Shown piece by piece: positions 54,390-62,769 of a stretch of 64,000 bases of DNA; positions within the stretch are counted from its first letter, which is position 1; each line of letters begins with the position of its first letter. Where the stretch lies: IMG/VR virus record IMGVR_UViG_3300029288_000081, positions 96,001 through 160,000 of that record, one strand, 5' to 3'. The DNA comes from a virus. Taxonomy: Duplodnaviria > Caudoviricetes. The translations under genes were made by a program, and so were the position numbers. Under the pieces are notes generated by a model. It worked only from the letters and a program-made list of their open reading frames with translations. It was not told the origin of the DNA and searched no databases.

Positions 54390-54958
54390 GCTACTTCGAG
54401 ACACTTCCCGGCATGGGACGCCCCAGCTACAGCGACGGCATGGGCGCTGTCTTCCCCACGAGGGAAGAGAGCCCCGACATGCGGGCTCTTCAGCAGGGCC
54501 TCCAGCGCATGAACCTGCTCCCGGTCGACGGAGCCACCGGCCGCTGGACCATCGCCACGGCAGCCGCGCTCGCAAAGGCCAACAAGAACCTCGGTCGCAC
54601 CGCAGCACCGCGCACCGGGTTCACCACCACCAACCGCGGCGCGAACGTCGATGTCCCGGACGATCTCGTCGCGGCCATCCTGAACACGCCCGCTGCGCCT
54701 CCTGCGGCACCTCCCCCCGGTCCCGATCCGGCCGCCACGCCGCCCCCGGGCATGATGCTCATCGCGCCGACCGCGCCGCCCCCCTCGCTTCTGCCTCCCG
54801 CCATCGAGGAGCCGTCTCGCACGAAGCTCTACGTCGCGGCAGGCCTCGCGGTGGTGGTGGTCGGTGGGATCGCCGCCTACGCGCTCTGGCCGAAGAAGAA
54901 GAGCACGCCGAACAGGCGCCGTGTGCGTCGCAACCGGCGTCGGCGCTCGCGTCGCTGA
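54386..54958 (+). CDS. Membrane protein with a peptidoglycan-binding-like domain (MSY family)
   Basis: LPGMG, DGMG; MRALQQGL...VDGATGRWTIATAAAL; Pro linker; TM; STPN-RRRVRRNRRRRSRR. Confidence 0.8.
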   Translation: MSYFETLPGMGRPSYSDGMGAVFPTREESPDMRALQQGLQRMNLLPVDGATGRWTIATAAALAKANKNLGRTAAPRTGFTTTNRGANVDVPDDLVAAILNTPAAPPAAPPPGPDPAATPPPGMMLIAPTAPPPSLLPPAIEEPSRTKLYVAAGLAVVVVGGIAAYALWPKKKSTPNRRRVRRNRRRRSRR

Positions 54959-55018
54959 ACTTTCACGGGGCCGTGGGTGGACCCCGTCGTTTCCGAACAA
55001 CCAAGAGGGCTGGGCAAG

Positions 55019-55711
55019 ATGAACGAGCATGATTTCGTGACCGACGACGAGACCGACGAGATGTTCAACGGAGATCAGCAGGAAGCTCCTGCTGTGGCGA
55101 TGCAGTCGCAGCATCAGCCGGTCAGCAACATGGGTGGCCTGCCGGTGTACCCGCTCTCGCTCGCACAGGCGCCCTCTGCGCCGGCAGAGGACAACATCCT
55201 GACCCGCAAGTTCGGGCCGCTGCCCGTGTGGGGCTGGGCGCTGACGGCGCTCGGCACCGGCATCGGCGGCTACCTCTGGTGGCAGTCGACGCAGAAGAAG
55301 GTCTCCAAGAACGAGAGCGATGACGGAGACCGCGAGACAGCAAGGGCCGCTCTGCCCGAGGACACGGGCAGTGAGCGCGGAACGTGGGGGCCGAGCCGAG
55401 GTGGCTTCTGTGAGCAGCTCAACAAGCACTTCATGCGCAAGGGCATGTCGGACAAGGTCAAGATCTTCGACGATGCCGACGAGGCGAAGGCCAGCGGAAA
55501 GCTCAAGCAGGTCTCGCCGCTCATCAACATCAAGTGCGAGTCGTCCTACAAGCCCGACAAGGACCTGATCAAGATCTGCAAGCGCGAGGGCCTCAACCCG
55601 ATCGTCCACGAAGACGGCGCGATCGGTCTCTACCCCGCGTCCTCGGGCAAGCGTGCCCAGGAGTGGGAGAAGTACATCGACCTGCTGCGCGATGACGGGC
55701 AGAAGGTCTGA
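55019..55711 (+). CDS. Membrane protein (230 aa)
   Basis: Start re-called at MNEHDFVT; central TM, then VSKN and a soluble domain. Confidence 0.8.
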   Translation: MNEHDFVTDDETDEMFNGDQQEAPAVAMQSQHQPVSNMGGLPVYPLSLAQAPSAPAEDNILTRKFGPLPVWGWALTALGTGIGGYLWWQSTQKKVSKNESDDGDRETARAALPEDTGSERGTWGPSRGGFCEQLNKHFMRKGMSDKVKIFDDADEAKASGKLKQVSPLINIKCESSYKPDKDLIKICKREGLNPIVHEDGAIGLYPASSGKRAQEWEKYIDLLRDDGQKV

Positions 55712-55751
55712 CGGGATCGGCTGAGGTATCCTCGGCCACCAGGAGAACGCG

Positions 55752-56492
55752 ATGAGCTACGCAGGACTCGGACAGGACTTGGTGCCCACTGCAACCGTGG
55801 GACGCAGCACGTACCGTCGGCAGACGGGCGACTACGTCCGAGTCCCTGCGACGTGGGCTCAGCGCGCCGCGAACGCCGGCAACCGCTACAACAGCGGGTC
55901 GGCTCCGCTCATCGCGGTGGACGGCAAGGCCGGACCGGTCACGATCGCCGCTCTTCGGACCCTCTCGCAGCAGTTCTCCTCGGGCCTGCCGGTGACCAAC
56001 GACCCGGTGGCGAGCCGCGTCACCGACAACGTGGTCATGCCGGTCGCGCTGGAGAACTCGCTCGCTGCGAAGCACATCGTCGCCGACCCCCGACCCTCGG
56101 CAGCGACGCGCCGCACGCCTGCGCCGACGAGCGGCGGCGGCACGACGACCACGGTGCCGATCCCCGGCGCCACGCCTGCCGCCACGCCTGCCGACGAGAT
56201 CATCCTCGACGAAGGTTCCTCGTCGGGCATCCAGGGTCTCATCGCCCGCTACGGCATCTGGCCGTGGGCGGCTGGCGGCGCAGCGCTCGTCGCCCTCGGC
56301 ATCTACTTCGTCGCGACCGGACCTGGGATGCGTCGGAACAGCAGCAAGCGCAGGGGCGGGTGGAACTACCCATGCCCGGCGTGTGGCGAGCCCGAGCTGG
56401 GCAAGGCGGGACACGGGAGCGGCTGTGTGCTCGCGAAGAGGACCGCCGCGCTCTCGGTGCCCAAGCGCAAGAAGAGGAAGGCCGTCCGATGA
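55752..56492 (+). CDS. Membrane protein with a peptidoglycan-binding-like motif (MSY family)
   Basis: MSYAGLGQ, IAVDGKAGPVTIAAL, TM, MRRN-SSKRR, CPAC...H...C tail; AGGAG RBS. Confidence 0.85.
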   Translation: MSYAGLGQDLVPTATVGRSTYRRQTGDYVRVPATWAQRAANAGNRYNSGSAPLIAVDGKAGPVTIAALRTLSQQFSSGLPVTNDPVASRVTDNVVMPVALENSLAAKHIVADPRPSAATRRTPAPTSGGGTTTTVPIPGATPAATPADEIILDEGSSSGIQGLIARYGIWPWAAGGAALVALGIYFVATGPGMRRNSSKRRGGWNYPCPACGEPELGKAGHGSGCVLAKRTAALSVPKRKKRKAVR

Positions 56493-57103
56493 GCTACTTC
56501 ACCAGCACCGCCAAGCGCTCGCGCACGCACAGCCTTCACGGCATGGGCTGTGGCTGCGGGATGAATGGCCTCGGGGACATGATCGCGCTTCCGGCAACAC
56601 TGGCCACCCCCGGCGAGATGGTTGCAGCGATCGATCTGATCAACCGCAGCGTGACATCGCTGAACGCAGACGTGCAGGCGAACGCACAGCGCCTGCATGC
56701 CACGCAGGACGGCATCAGGTTCTTCTCGCAGTGGCAGATCTTCAAGGCCGAGTGGATCACGTTCTTCACGGACCACAACCGAGGAACCTCCTTCGCCACT
56801 CGCATCGGGCCGCTGGAGTACGGAAGCGGGCAGTTGGCCGCGCAGATTCGTGACAAGGCCACGGCCTACAACGCCATGGAACAGCGCTATCGCAACCTCG
56901 GCCTCGAACCGACGATCACGGCTGCGGTTCCGCTGGAGGAGAGGTTGTCCAACCTCGGGACCGGCGCGTTCATCACGGCGGGGCTGGGCATCGCAGCGGT
57001 GGTGGCCGTCGGGTACCTCCTGAGCAACTACGCCAAGATCAAGATGATGTCGCGGCTCGCGTTCAACGGGCGCCGCAGTCGCCGAAGGAAGAGGAGTCGC
57101 TGA
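56489..57103 (+). CDS. Membrane protein (MSY family, 204 aa)
   Basis: LHGMG, MNGLGD, helical domain, TM, LAFN-GRRSRRRKRSR. Confidence 0.85.
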   Translation: MSYFTSTAKRSRTHSLHGMGCGCGMNGLGDMIALPATLATPGEMVAAIDLINRSVTSLNADVQANAQRLHATQDGIRFFSQWQIFKAEWITFFTDHNRGTSFATRIGPLEYGSGQLAAQIRDKATAYNAMEQRYRNLGLEPTITAAVPLEERLSNLGTGAFITAGLGIAAVVAVGYLLSNYAKIKMMSRLAFNGRRSRRRKRSR

Positions 57104-57105
57104 TC

Positions 57106-57486
57106 ATGTCGTACATGCGAGGAATGGGAACCACAGCCACGGACGTCGCCGCCGTCACCACAGCGGTGGGCACTGCCGCGGCGCAGCTCATCGCGGCGGC
57201 GCGAGGCACACCGGCGACCACGCCGTACTCGACGGAGGGAGCGATCAACCCCGCCACGGGCCAGCCCTACGGGACGCTGCTCAATCCCGCCACGGGCATG
57301 CCCTACGGGGCGATCGACCCGGCCACCGGGCGCCCCTACGGCGAGCCGGCGCCGTCCTACACGCCGTACATCGTCGGCGGCCTCGTGCTCCTGGGCATCG
57401 GCGCCTTCTTCTTCACGCGGAAGCGGAGCGTGGCGAAGAACAGGCGTCGCGTGCGCCGGAACCGTCGCCGCTCGCGCAGGAGCTGA
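57106..57486 (+). CDS. Membrane protein with three (N/D)PATGxPYG repeats (MSY family)
   Basis: MSYMRGMG, repeats, TM, VAKN-RRRVRRNRRRSRRS. Confidence 0.85.
   Translation: MSYMRGMGTTATDVAAVTTAVGTAAAQLIAAARGTPATTPYSTEGAINPATGQPYGTLLNPATGMPYGAIDPATGRPYGEPAPSYTPYIVGGLVLLGIGAFFFTRKRSVAKNRRRVRRNRRRSRRS
57238..57342 (+). repeat. Three coding tandem repeats of 33-36 bp
   Basis: GAINPATGQPY / GTLLNPATGMPY / GAIDPATGRPY. Confidence 0.85.
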
Positions 57487-57489
57487 GCC

Positions 57490-58326
57490 ATGTCGTACGC
57501 CCTCTCGCAGGTCGACCCCACACCGCCGCCGACGAGGCCGATGAACTGGCCGATGATCCTCGGCTGGACCGCTGTCGTCGGCATGACGATCGCCGTCTTC
57601 AACGGCACCATCAACCTCCAGGGTGGACGCGTGAAGGCGAACAGGCGACACAGGTCGTCGCGCAGGAGGTCGTCGCGCAGGCGTAGCCTGCGGCGCAACC
57701 CCCGCTACCGGATGTGGTCGGGCCCGGTGTACGCGAAGGACCTCGCGAAGGCGATCCGTGACGCCGGAGCGCACGACGTCATCGCTGGCACCGAGCACGT
57801 CATCTTCCGTACGGATGACCTCGAAGCCCTCAAGGCGCGAGCCGGATCCGCGAAGCCATTCCTCGATTTCCGTGGCGTGAAGATGATGATGGCCAACGCC
57901 AGCCGCCGCTCCTCGCACGCGCGACCGAAGCCGCCGAAGTTCAGCGAGATGGCCATCTGGCAGGCGATCGCCGCGGTGCGCGAGTCGGGCCGCTCCTCCG
58001 AGATCGCCAGCATCCTGCCGCCCGGCGTCGCCGCGAAGTTCAAGCACCTCGCCCCCGGGCTCTACAAGTACGGACGTGGGCCCAAGAAGGGCGAGGTCAT
58101 CGTCCAGTTCAAGAACGCAGGACTCAAGGGCGCTCTCACCTCCACGCGCATCGGCGCCTCGAAGGTCGGCGAGTACCACTGGGTCGTCGACAACTTCGAC
58201 CCGAAGTTCCCCGTCGCCATCCGCGGCATCGACGATCACGGGCGCACGTTCTTCCGGATCGAAGAGCACGCACGGAAGTTCGAGCGTGTGCCGGTCCGCG
58301 TCTCGCGCAAGACCGCAGCGCGGTGA
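57490..58326 (+). CDS. MSY-family protein: N-terminal TM followed by two small domains behind Asn/Arg linkers
   Basis: TM, VKAN-RRHRSSRRR, LRRN-P, MMAN-ASRR. Confidence 0.8.
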   Translation: MSYALSQVDPTPPPTRPMNWPMILGWTAVVGMTIAVFNGTINLQGGRVKANRRHRSSRRRSSRRRSLRRNPRYRMWSGPVYAKDLAKAIRDAGAHDVIAGTEHVIFRTDDLEALKARAGSAKPFLDFRGVKMMMANASRRSSHARPKPPKFSEMAIWQAIAAVRESGRSSEIASILPPGVAAKFKHLAPGLYKYGRGPKKGEVIVQFKNAGLKGALTSTRIGASKVGEYHWVVDNFDPKFPVAIRGIDDHGRTFFRIEEHARKFERVPVRVSRKTAAR

Positions 58327-59585
58327 GCATGCCCAAGCTGCTCGCCAACGGCAGGCCGGAGGCCAAGGGTCGCCGATCATCCAACAAGGAGGTCGGCGAC
58401 CTGATCCAGAAGGCCCGCGCGCAGGGCTGGTCCGTCCTGCACACCGGCAGCGGGCACTACGTCTTCCGCTCGCCCGACAAGACGAAGCCCCAGGTGATCG
58501 TGCCGAGCACGCCAGGAGGCGGCAACCGCTCGCTTCAGAACGCAAGAGCCCTGCTCAAGAAGAGCGGTCTCGTCATGAACCCGTACTACCACGCGACTCG
58601 TGCCGACTTCGCACGGCAGATCCTGGAGGAGCGCAAGCTCCGTGCACATCCGGCGAGGAAGTACGGCGGCCGCCCTGCCGTGTTCGCAGGAGACACGCGG
58701 TCTTCGACGATGGGAGACGCCGCGCTGAGCTGGTCCGACAGCAAGCACTCCCTGCACTTCGGGGCACATCCCGAAGACGAGAACGTGCTGATCGAGTTCG
58801 AGGCTGACGAGCCCGATGACCGGCGCGGCCCGCACGGGCACGAAGCGGTCTGGTTCCACGACGTGGAGCTTCGCGACCCGAAGATCGTCACGCGCCGTCC
58901 TGGACGCATGGTGTGGAACGGCGGAGACGTCGCTGCGCGGTTCATGCGGCTCGTCAACATGACGCCTTCGCAGATCCGAGCATGGGCCAAGGACCCTCGT
59001 TCCAGGTGCTACTCGTTCGCCTCGACACGTGCACGTCTCCCGGCACTCGCGAAGCTGCGAGCCAAGCCGGTGAGCGAGTGGACGGCGAAGGACTACGCCT
59101 TCGCACGACGCGTGGTCTCGTTCAACACCCGCATGCTCGGTGCCAAGCGACGCGACGGGTGCCGAGACGGCTACACCGTCTCTCTTCGGAACTGGGGACA
59201 CGATCCGAGGTGCAAGCTCCCGGTGTCGTGCAAGAGCAAGAGGTCTTCGATGAAGAGGAACAAGCGACGCGTTCGCAGGAACCCGCAGGTCTCGTACGGT
59301 CTGATCGCCATCGGCATCGCTGGTGTCGCGGCGCTGGCTTGGTGGGCTTCGCGGCCAGCCGTGCCGACCACGCCAGCGCTCGCGGCGAACCAGAACGCAG
59401 CGGCTGCGGTTGCCGCGCAGCGTGAGCCAGAGATCGTCCGCATGATGGCGCGTGACCCTCGTCTCACACGAGCGGAGGCTGCTGCGCGGTACGATCGCGC
59501 TGTCGGCGCTGTCTTCGCTGCGGCGTCTACGATCGCCGCGGGCCTGCGCCCCACGAGCGGCATGGGCAGCTACTATAGGACGTGA
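58323..59585 (+). CDS. Multidomain polyprotein-like protein: HicA-like + ART-like + DUF3140-like + TM
   Basis: QGWSVLHTGSGHYVFRSP...VIVPSTP; YYHATR...QIL; FMRLVNMTPSQI...SLRNWGHDP; TM YGLIAIGIAGVAALAWW. Confidence 0.75.
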   Translation: MSMPKLLANGRPEAKGRRSSNKEVGDLIQKARAQGWSVLHTGSGHYVFRSPDKTKPQVIVPSTPGGGNRSLQNARALLKKSGLVMNPYYHATRADFARQILEERKLRAHPARKYGGRPAVFAGDTRSSTMGDAALSWSDSKHSLHFGAHPEDENVLIEFEADEPDDRRGPHGHEAVWFHDVELRDPKIVTRRPGRMVWNGGDVAARFMRLVNMTPSQIRAWAKDPRSRCYSFASTRARLPALAKLRAKPVSEWTAKDYAFARRVVSFNTRMLGAKRRDGCRDGYTVSLRNWGHDPRCKLPVSCKSKRSSMKRNKRRVRRNPQVSYGLIAIGIAGVAALAWWASRPAVPTTPALAANQNAAAAVAAQREPEIVRMMARDPRLTRAEAAARYDRAVGAVFAAASTIAAGLRPTSGMGSYYRT

Positions 59586-60319
59586 TGGTCATGCTCCGGA
59601 ACGGTTGCCCTTCGTGCGGTGGCGTCTCTCACCCGGCGACAGGATCTGTCCTGCCGTCGGGAGAGGTGGTGTGCGGCCCGTGCGTGAGGCGGTTCTGGAG
59701 CTGGGCCTCGGAGCACGGCAAGAAGACGTACCGCGTCGGCAAGAAGGGCAAGGGCTCGAAGTACATCGCGTTCCCGACGGGGATCACGAAGAAGAACCCT
59801 GCCGAGCGCGACTGCATCAAGTGCAGCGGCACAGGACGCATCCCACGGTTCGGGCACTACGCCGAGGGCGTCTGCTTCGACTGCGGTGGGACTGGCGTGG
59901 AGCGCAAGGGTAGCCGGCGTGGACCGGCGCTGCCGCCGTCGGAGCCGGAGCCCGTCGAGAAGAAGATCCATCGAAGCGTCTCGGACTTGCGGACGATGTG
60001 GCACAACTACAGTGTCCACCACAGGTCGGGGGCGCTCGATGAGATGTGGCTCAACTGGTCGCACGGTAGGTACGACAGCGAGTGGTCGCGGTTCGTCAAC
60101 GGCGAGCGTGCGACGAAGCCGATCTCTCCGTCTGCCGCGGACGGTAGGCGTGAGTGGCTGGAGACCGTTCAGTTTCTGCTGGACGACTTGCGCAAGCTCG
60201 GCGCCCCAGAGAAGGCTGACGAGATCGCCAAGCAGTTCCAGACGCACCTGCACGCGCCGGTGAAGAACAGGCGGTCGCGTCGCACGAGCCGACGTCGCAC
60301 GAGCCGGCGGAGGCGCTGA
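59582..60319 (+). CDS. Zinc-finger protein with an Arg-rich tail
   Basis: CPSC..CGPC; KKNP; CIKCSGTG..CFDCGGTG; PVKN-RRSRRTSRRRTSRRRR. Confidence 0.8.
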   Translation: MMVMLRNGCPSCGGVSHPATGSVLPSGEVVCGPCVRRFWSWASEHGKKTYRVGKKGKGSKYIAFPTGITKKNPAERDCIKCSGTGRIPRFGHYAEGVCFDCGGTGVERKGSRRGPALPPSEPEPVEKKIHRSVSDLRTMWHNYSVHHRSGALDEMWLNWSHGRYDSEWSRFVNGERATKPISPSAADGRREWLETVQFLLDDLRKLGAPEKADEIAKQFQTHLHAPVKNRRSRRTSRRRTSRRRR

Positions 60320-60756
60320 TGTCAGGCCGATGGGGCACCAGGGGAGCGGGGATCTTGATCGCCGCTCGCAACACCGGACGCGTCCTTCTGCTTCGCCGCT
60401 CGGCCGAGGTGAACGAGGGCGGCACATGGGGCACGCCCGGAGGGAAGATCGAGCCACGCGAGAGCGCTCGTACGGCAGCCATCAGAGAGCTGCGTGAAGA
60501 GGCTGGCTACAGCGGTCCGATCACGGTCATGAAGGAGCCCATCTTCGTGTTCAAGGAGCCGAACTTCGAGTTCCTGACCTTCTTCGGACACATCGACGAC
60601 GAGTTCGATCCGTATCTGAACTGGGAGAGCGATAACGCAGGATGGTTTCCGCTGAGCAAGCTGCCGCGACCACTGCACTTCGGCGTGACCGCTCTCATGC
60701 GTGAGCGGAAGAGCGACGTCGCGGCGGAGATCGATCGCATTCAGTGGCAGTCCTAG
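60319..60756 (+). CDS. NUDIX hydrolase
   Basis: Nudix box GGKIEPRESARTAAIRELREEAG. Confidence 0.93.
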   Translation: MSGRWGTRGAGILIAARNTGRVLLLRRSAEVNEGGTWGTPGGKIEPRESARTAAIRELREEAGYSGPITVMKEPIFVFKEPNFEFLTFFGHIDDEFDPYLNWESDNAGWFPLSKLPRPLHFGVTALMRERKSDVAAEIDRIQWQS

Positions 60757-60810
60757 ATCGTCGCATGCTACCGTTGCGGCGGGCGTCCTGGTGCCGGAGC
60801 AACGAGCTTC

Positions 60811-61173
60811 ATGGCCCTCTACAGCGTTTGGGATTGGAACAGGAACAGCTACCGCGTCTACACGACGCCGACGCATGTTTCCGTTGGTGACGACCCAACA
60901 CCCCCGAAGCCGCTCGTGCTCAGCCCGATCGGTGCCAACCCGGACACCGACGTCAAGCCGCTCCCGGCAGGAGCGAAGCTGATCGGCCACGACCACTTCG
61001 CTCGCGGGGAGATTCGCCGCATGCCCAGCGGGCTATTCGACCTCGGAGACGATGCTGGCACGGGTAGCAGCCTCTGGTCGCAGCCCTTGGTCATGTTCGC
61101 CGCTGGCGCCGCCGCCGTCGTGGCCTACCAGGCGTGGAAGAGACGCCCGATCAGGAACAGGAGGCGCCGATGA
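60811..61173 (+). CDS. Small membrane protein with an Arg tail
   Basis: FDLGD, TM, PIRN-RRRR. Confidence 0.8.
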   Translation: MALYSVWDWNRNSYRVYTTPTHVSVGDDPTPPKPLVLSPIGANPDTDVKPLPAGAKLIGHDHFARGEIRRMPSGLFDLGDDAGTGSSLWSQPLVMFAAGAAAVVAYQAWKRRPIRNRRRR

Positions 61174-61913
61174 AGCTCGTACGCAGCGCAAGGGGGTTGG
61201 ACGAAGAAGAGATCGAGGAGGAGGAGGCTGACCTGAAGCCCAACCCGCATCGCCGCGCCTCCGCCCTGCACGGCCGTTCGTCGATGGACACGCGTCACAT
61301 GGGCCGCGACATCGATCCAGATCGGCACGTCGGCAAGCGCGGCAGCGACCTCGATACAGCGATGGACCGCTACGAGACCTTCCACGCCAAGCGTCCGCTG
61401 CGCACCGTGGAGCTTCCGCACGACCTTCCCACCTCCGTCGTTCCCGTCGGCCAGGTCATCGCCACGATGTATCGCACCGACAAGTGGCACGAGGACGGCG
61501 ACGACGAGGACTACAAGCACGTCCACGACAACAGCCGCGGCGGCACCGACAAGGAGTACGAGTTCGGCAAGGGCGTCATCGCCTACGAGCCCGCCCAGCA
61601 GGCAAGCAAGAGCGTCGTGGCGACGGACGGCAAGCGGCGCAAGGCCAAGCCGACCGAGAAGCCGATGCGCCTGCCGGTTCACGCTCCCGGGGCCCTCTCA
61701 CTGCTCGGCTACTGCCTGGGCGTCTTCGTGCAGCGGTTCGACGACGAAGAGATCTACGAGATCAGCCCCCGCGGCTGCTACCTCTTCTGCTCTCCGAAGG
61801 GAGACATGCTCGCGATCTACTCGCCCGACAAGCAGCCCGACGGCTCAGTCGGCTTCCTGATGATCATGGCCGGCGGTGGCTTGCGAGTTCTCAAGGACGG
61901 GATCGACGGATAG
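61170..61913 (+). CDS. Hypothetical protein (247 aa) with an acidic leader ending in LKPNP
   Basis: Start re-called at MKLVRS, GGAGG RBS. Confidence 0.8.
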   Translation: MKLVRSARGLDEEEIEEEEADLKPNPHRRASALHGRSSMDTRHMGRDIDPDRHVGKRGSDLDTAMDRYETFHAKRPLRTVELPHDLPTSVVPVGQVIATMYRTDKWHEDGDDEDYKHVHDNSRGGTDKEYEFGKGVIAYEPAQQASKSVVATDGKRRKAKPTEKPMRLPVHAPGALSLLGYCLGVFVQRFDDEEIYEISPRGCYLFCSPKGDMLAIYSPDKQPDGSVGFLMIMAGGGLRVLKDGIDG

Positions 61914-61955
61914 TCTTCGCGTTTCAGTTTCACCGCGCATCAAGGAAAACGGAAC

Positions 61956-62306
61956 ATGGATTTTCAGTGGCTGGCCATCGCGTCTTTCGTCCTCTCGCTG
62001 ATCAGCGGCCCCATCGTACTCGCGGCAGTGAACGCTGTTCACGAGAGGAAGACGGCTGTCCTCATTTTCGACGCGCTGGAGAAGGAGAAGAAGGTCGCCG
62101 AGCATGCCTACAAGGCGTCCGCCACCGCTCTCATCGACACCGCTTTGGACAAGGAGAGGGAGCGGAGCAAGGAGCTGTTCGCTCTGAAGCATGAAGTAGC
62201 CGAGATGAAGGGGCACGTCATGCAGCTCGTCACCAACACGCAGGCTCTCGACATCAAGCTCGACAAGATGAGCGATCTGCTCATGGACCTGAGGCGTCAG
62301 CGGTGA
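61956..62306 (+). CDS. N-terminal TM plus coiled-coil protein
   Basis: WLAIASFVLSLISGPIVLAAV followed by heptads. Confidence 0.75.
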   Translation: MDFQWLAIASFVLSLISGPIVLAAVNAVHERKTAVLIFDALEKEKKVAEHAYKASATALIDTALDKERERSKELFALKHEVAEMKGHVMQLVTNTQALDIKLDKMSDLLMDLRRQR

Positions 62307-62623
62307 GCGAGAGACCGAAGACGACAGATCAGATCCTCGCCGAGCTGAAGGAGCTGCGGCGTGAGGTCTTCATGCTCATCGGCCGCATGAACCGCATCGA
62401 AAGCCGCATCGAAGAGGCGATCGACGCGCCCACGGTCGAGCGTCTCGTCGTGCCAGCGAGCGTCGTTGGCACCGCGGCGCAGCTCGGGGAAGAACTAACC
62501 GAGGGGCGACGCATCACCAAGGCGGCGAAGGAGAGCGCCAAGAACCTTCGTCGCGTGGTCTCTCCCGAGGACGACACTGGCTCCTACATGCTGAGCGAGA
62601 TCAAGTCCAAGAAGGGTCAATAG
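62303..62623 (+). CDS. Hypothetical coiled-coil protein (106 aa)
   Basis: GTGA overlap. Confidence 0.7.
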   Translation: MSERPKTTDQILAELKELRREVFMLIGRMNRIESRIEEAIDAPTVERLVVPASVVGTAAQLGEELTEGRRITKAAKESAKNLRRVVSPEDDTGSYMLSEIKSKKGQ

Positions 62624-62675
62624 GGCGCTCGACACAGAAAAGAGTGTCTGACAAGCACTTTTTCTCACGACGTCG

Positions 62676-62704
62676 TTGACACCTGTGCTGGCTCCATGTA
62701 GTTT
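62676..62704 (+). promoter_or_regulatory. Sigma70-like promoter
   Basis: TTGACA-17nt-TAGTTT in an AT-richer gap. Confidence 0.7.
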
Positions 62705-62769
62705 CACTCTCGAAGACCTGGGGCGTGCCCCTCCCTGCTACGGCGGGTCGAGCGGGTGACGTGTGTCCA

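Noticed and set aside
42790-57342. CRISPR array interpretation of the repeats at 42.8 kb and 57.2 kb
   Set aside because: No constant repeat with unique spacers and no cas genes
48138-61173. Arg-rich tails as frame artefacts of high GC, or as Tat signals
   Set aside because: They sit in frame directly after TM helices and are conserved as peptides with varied codons. They are C-terminal, whereas Tat motifs precede the hydrophobic segment at the N-terminus
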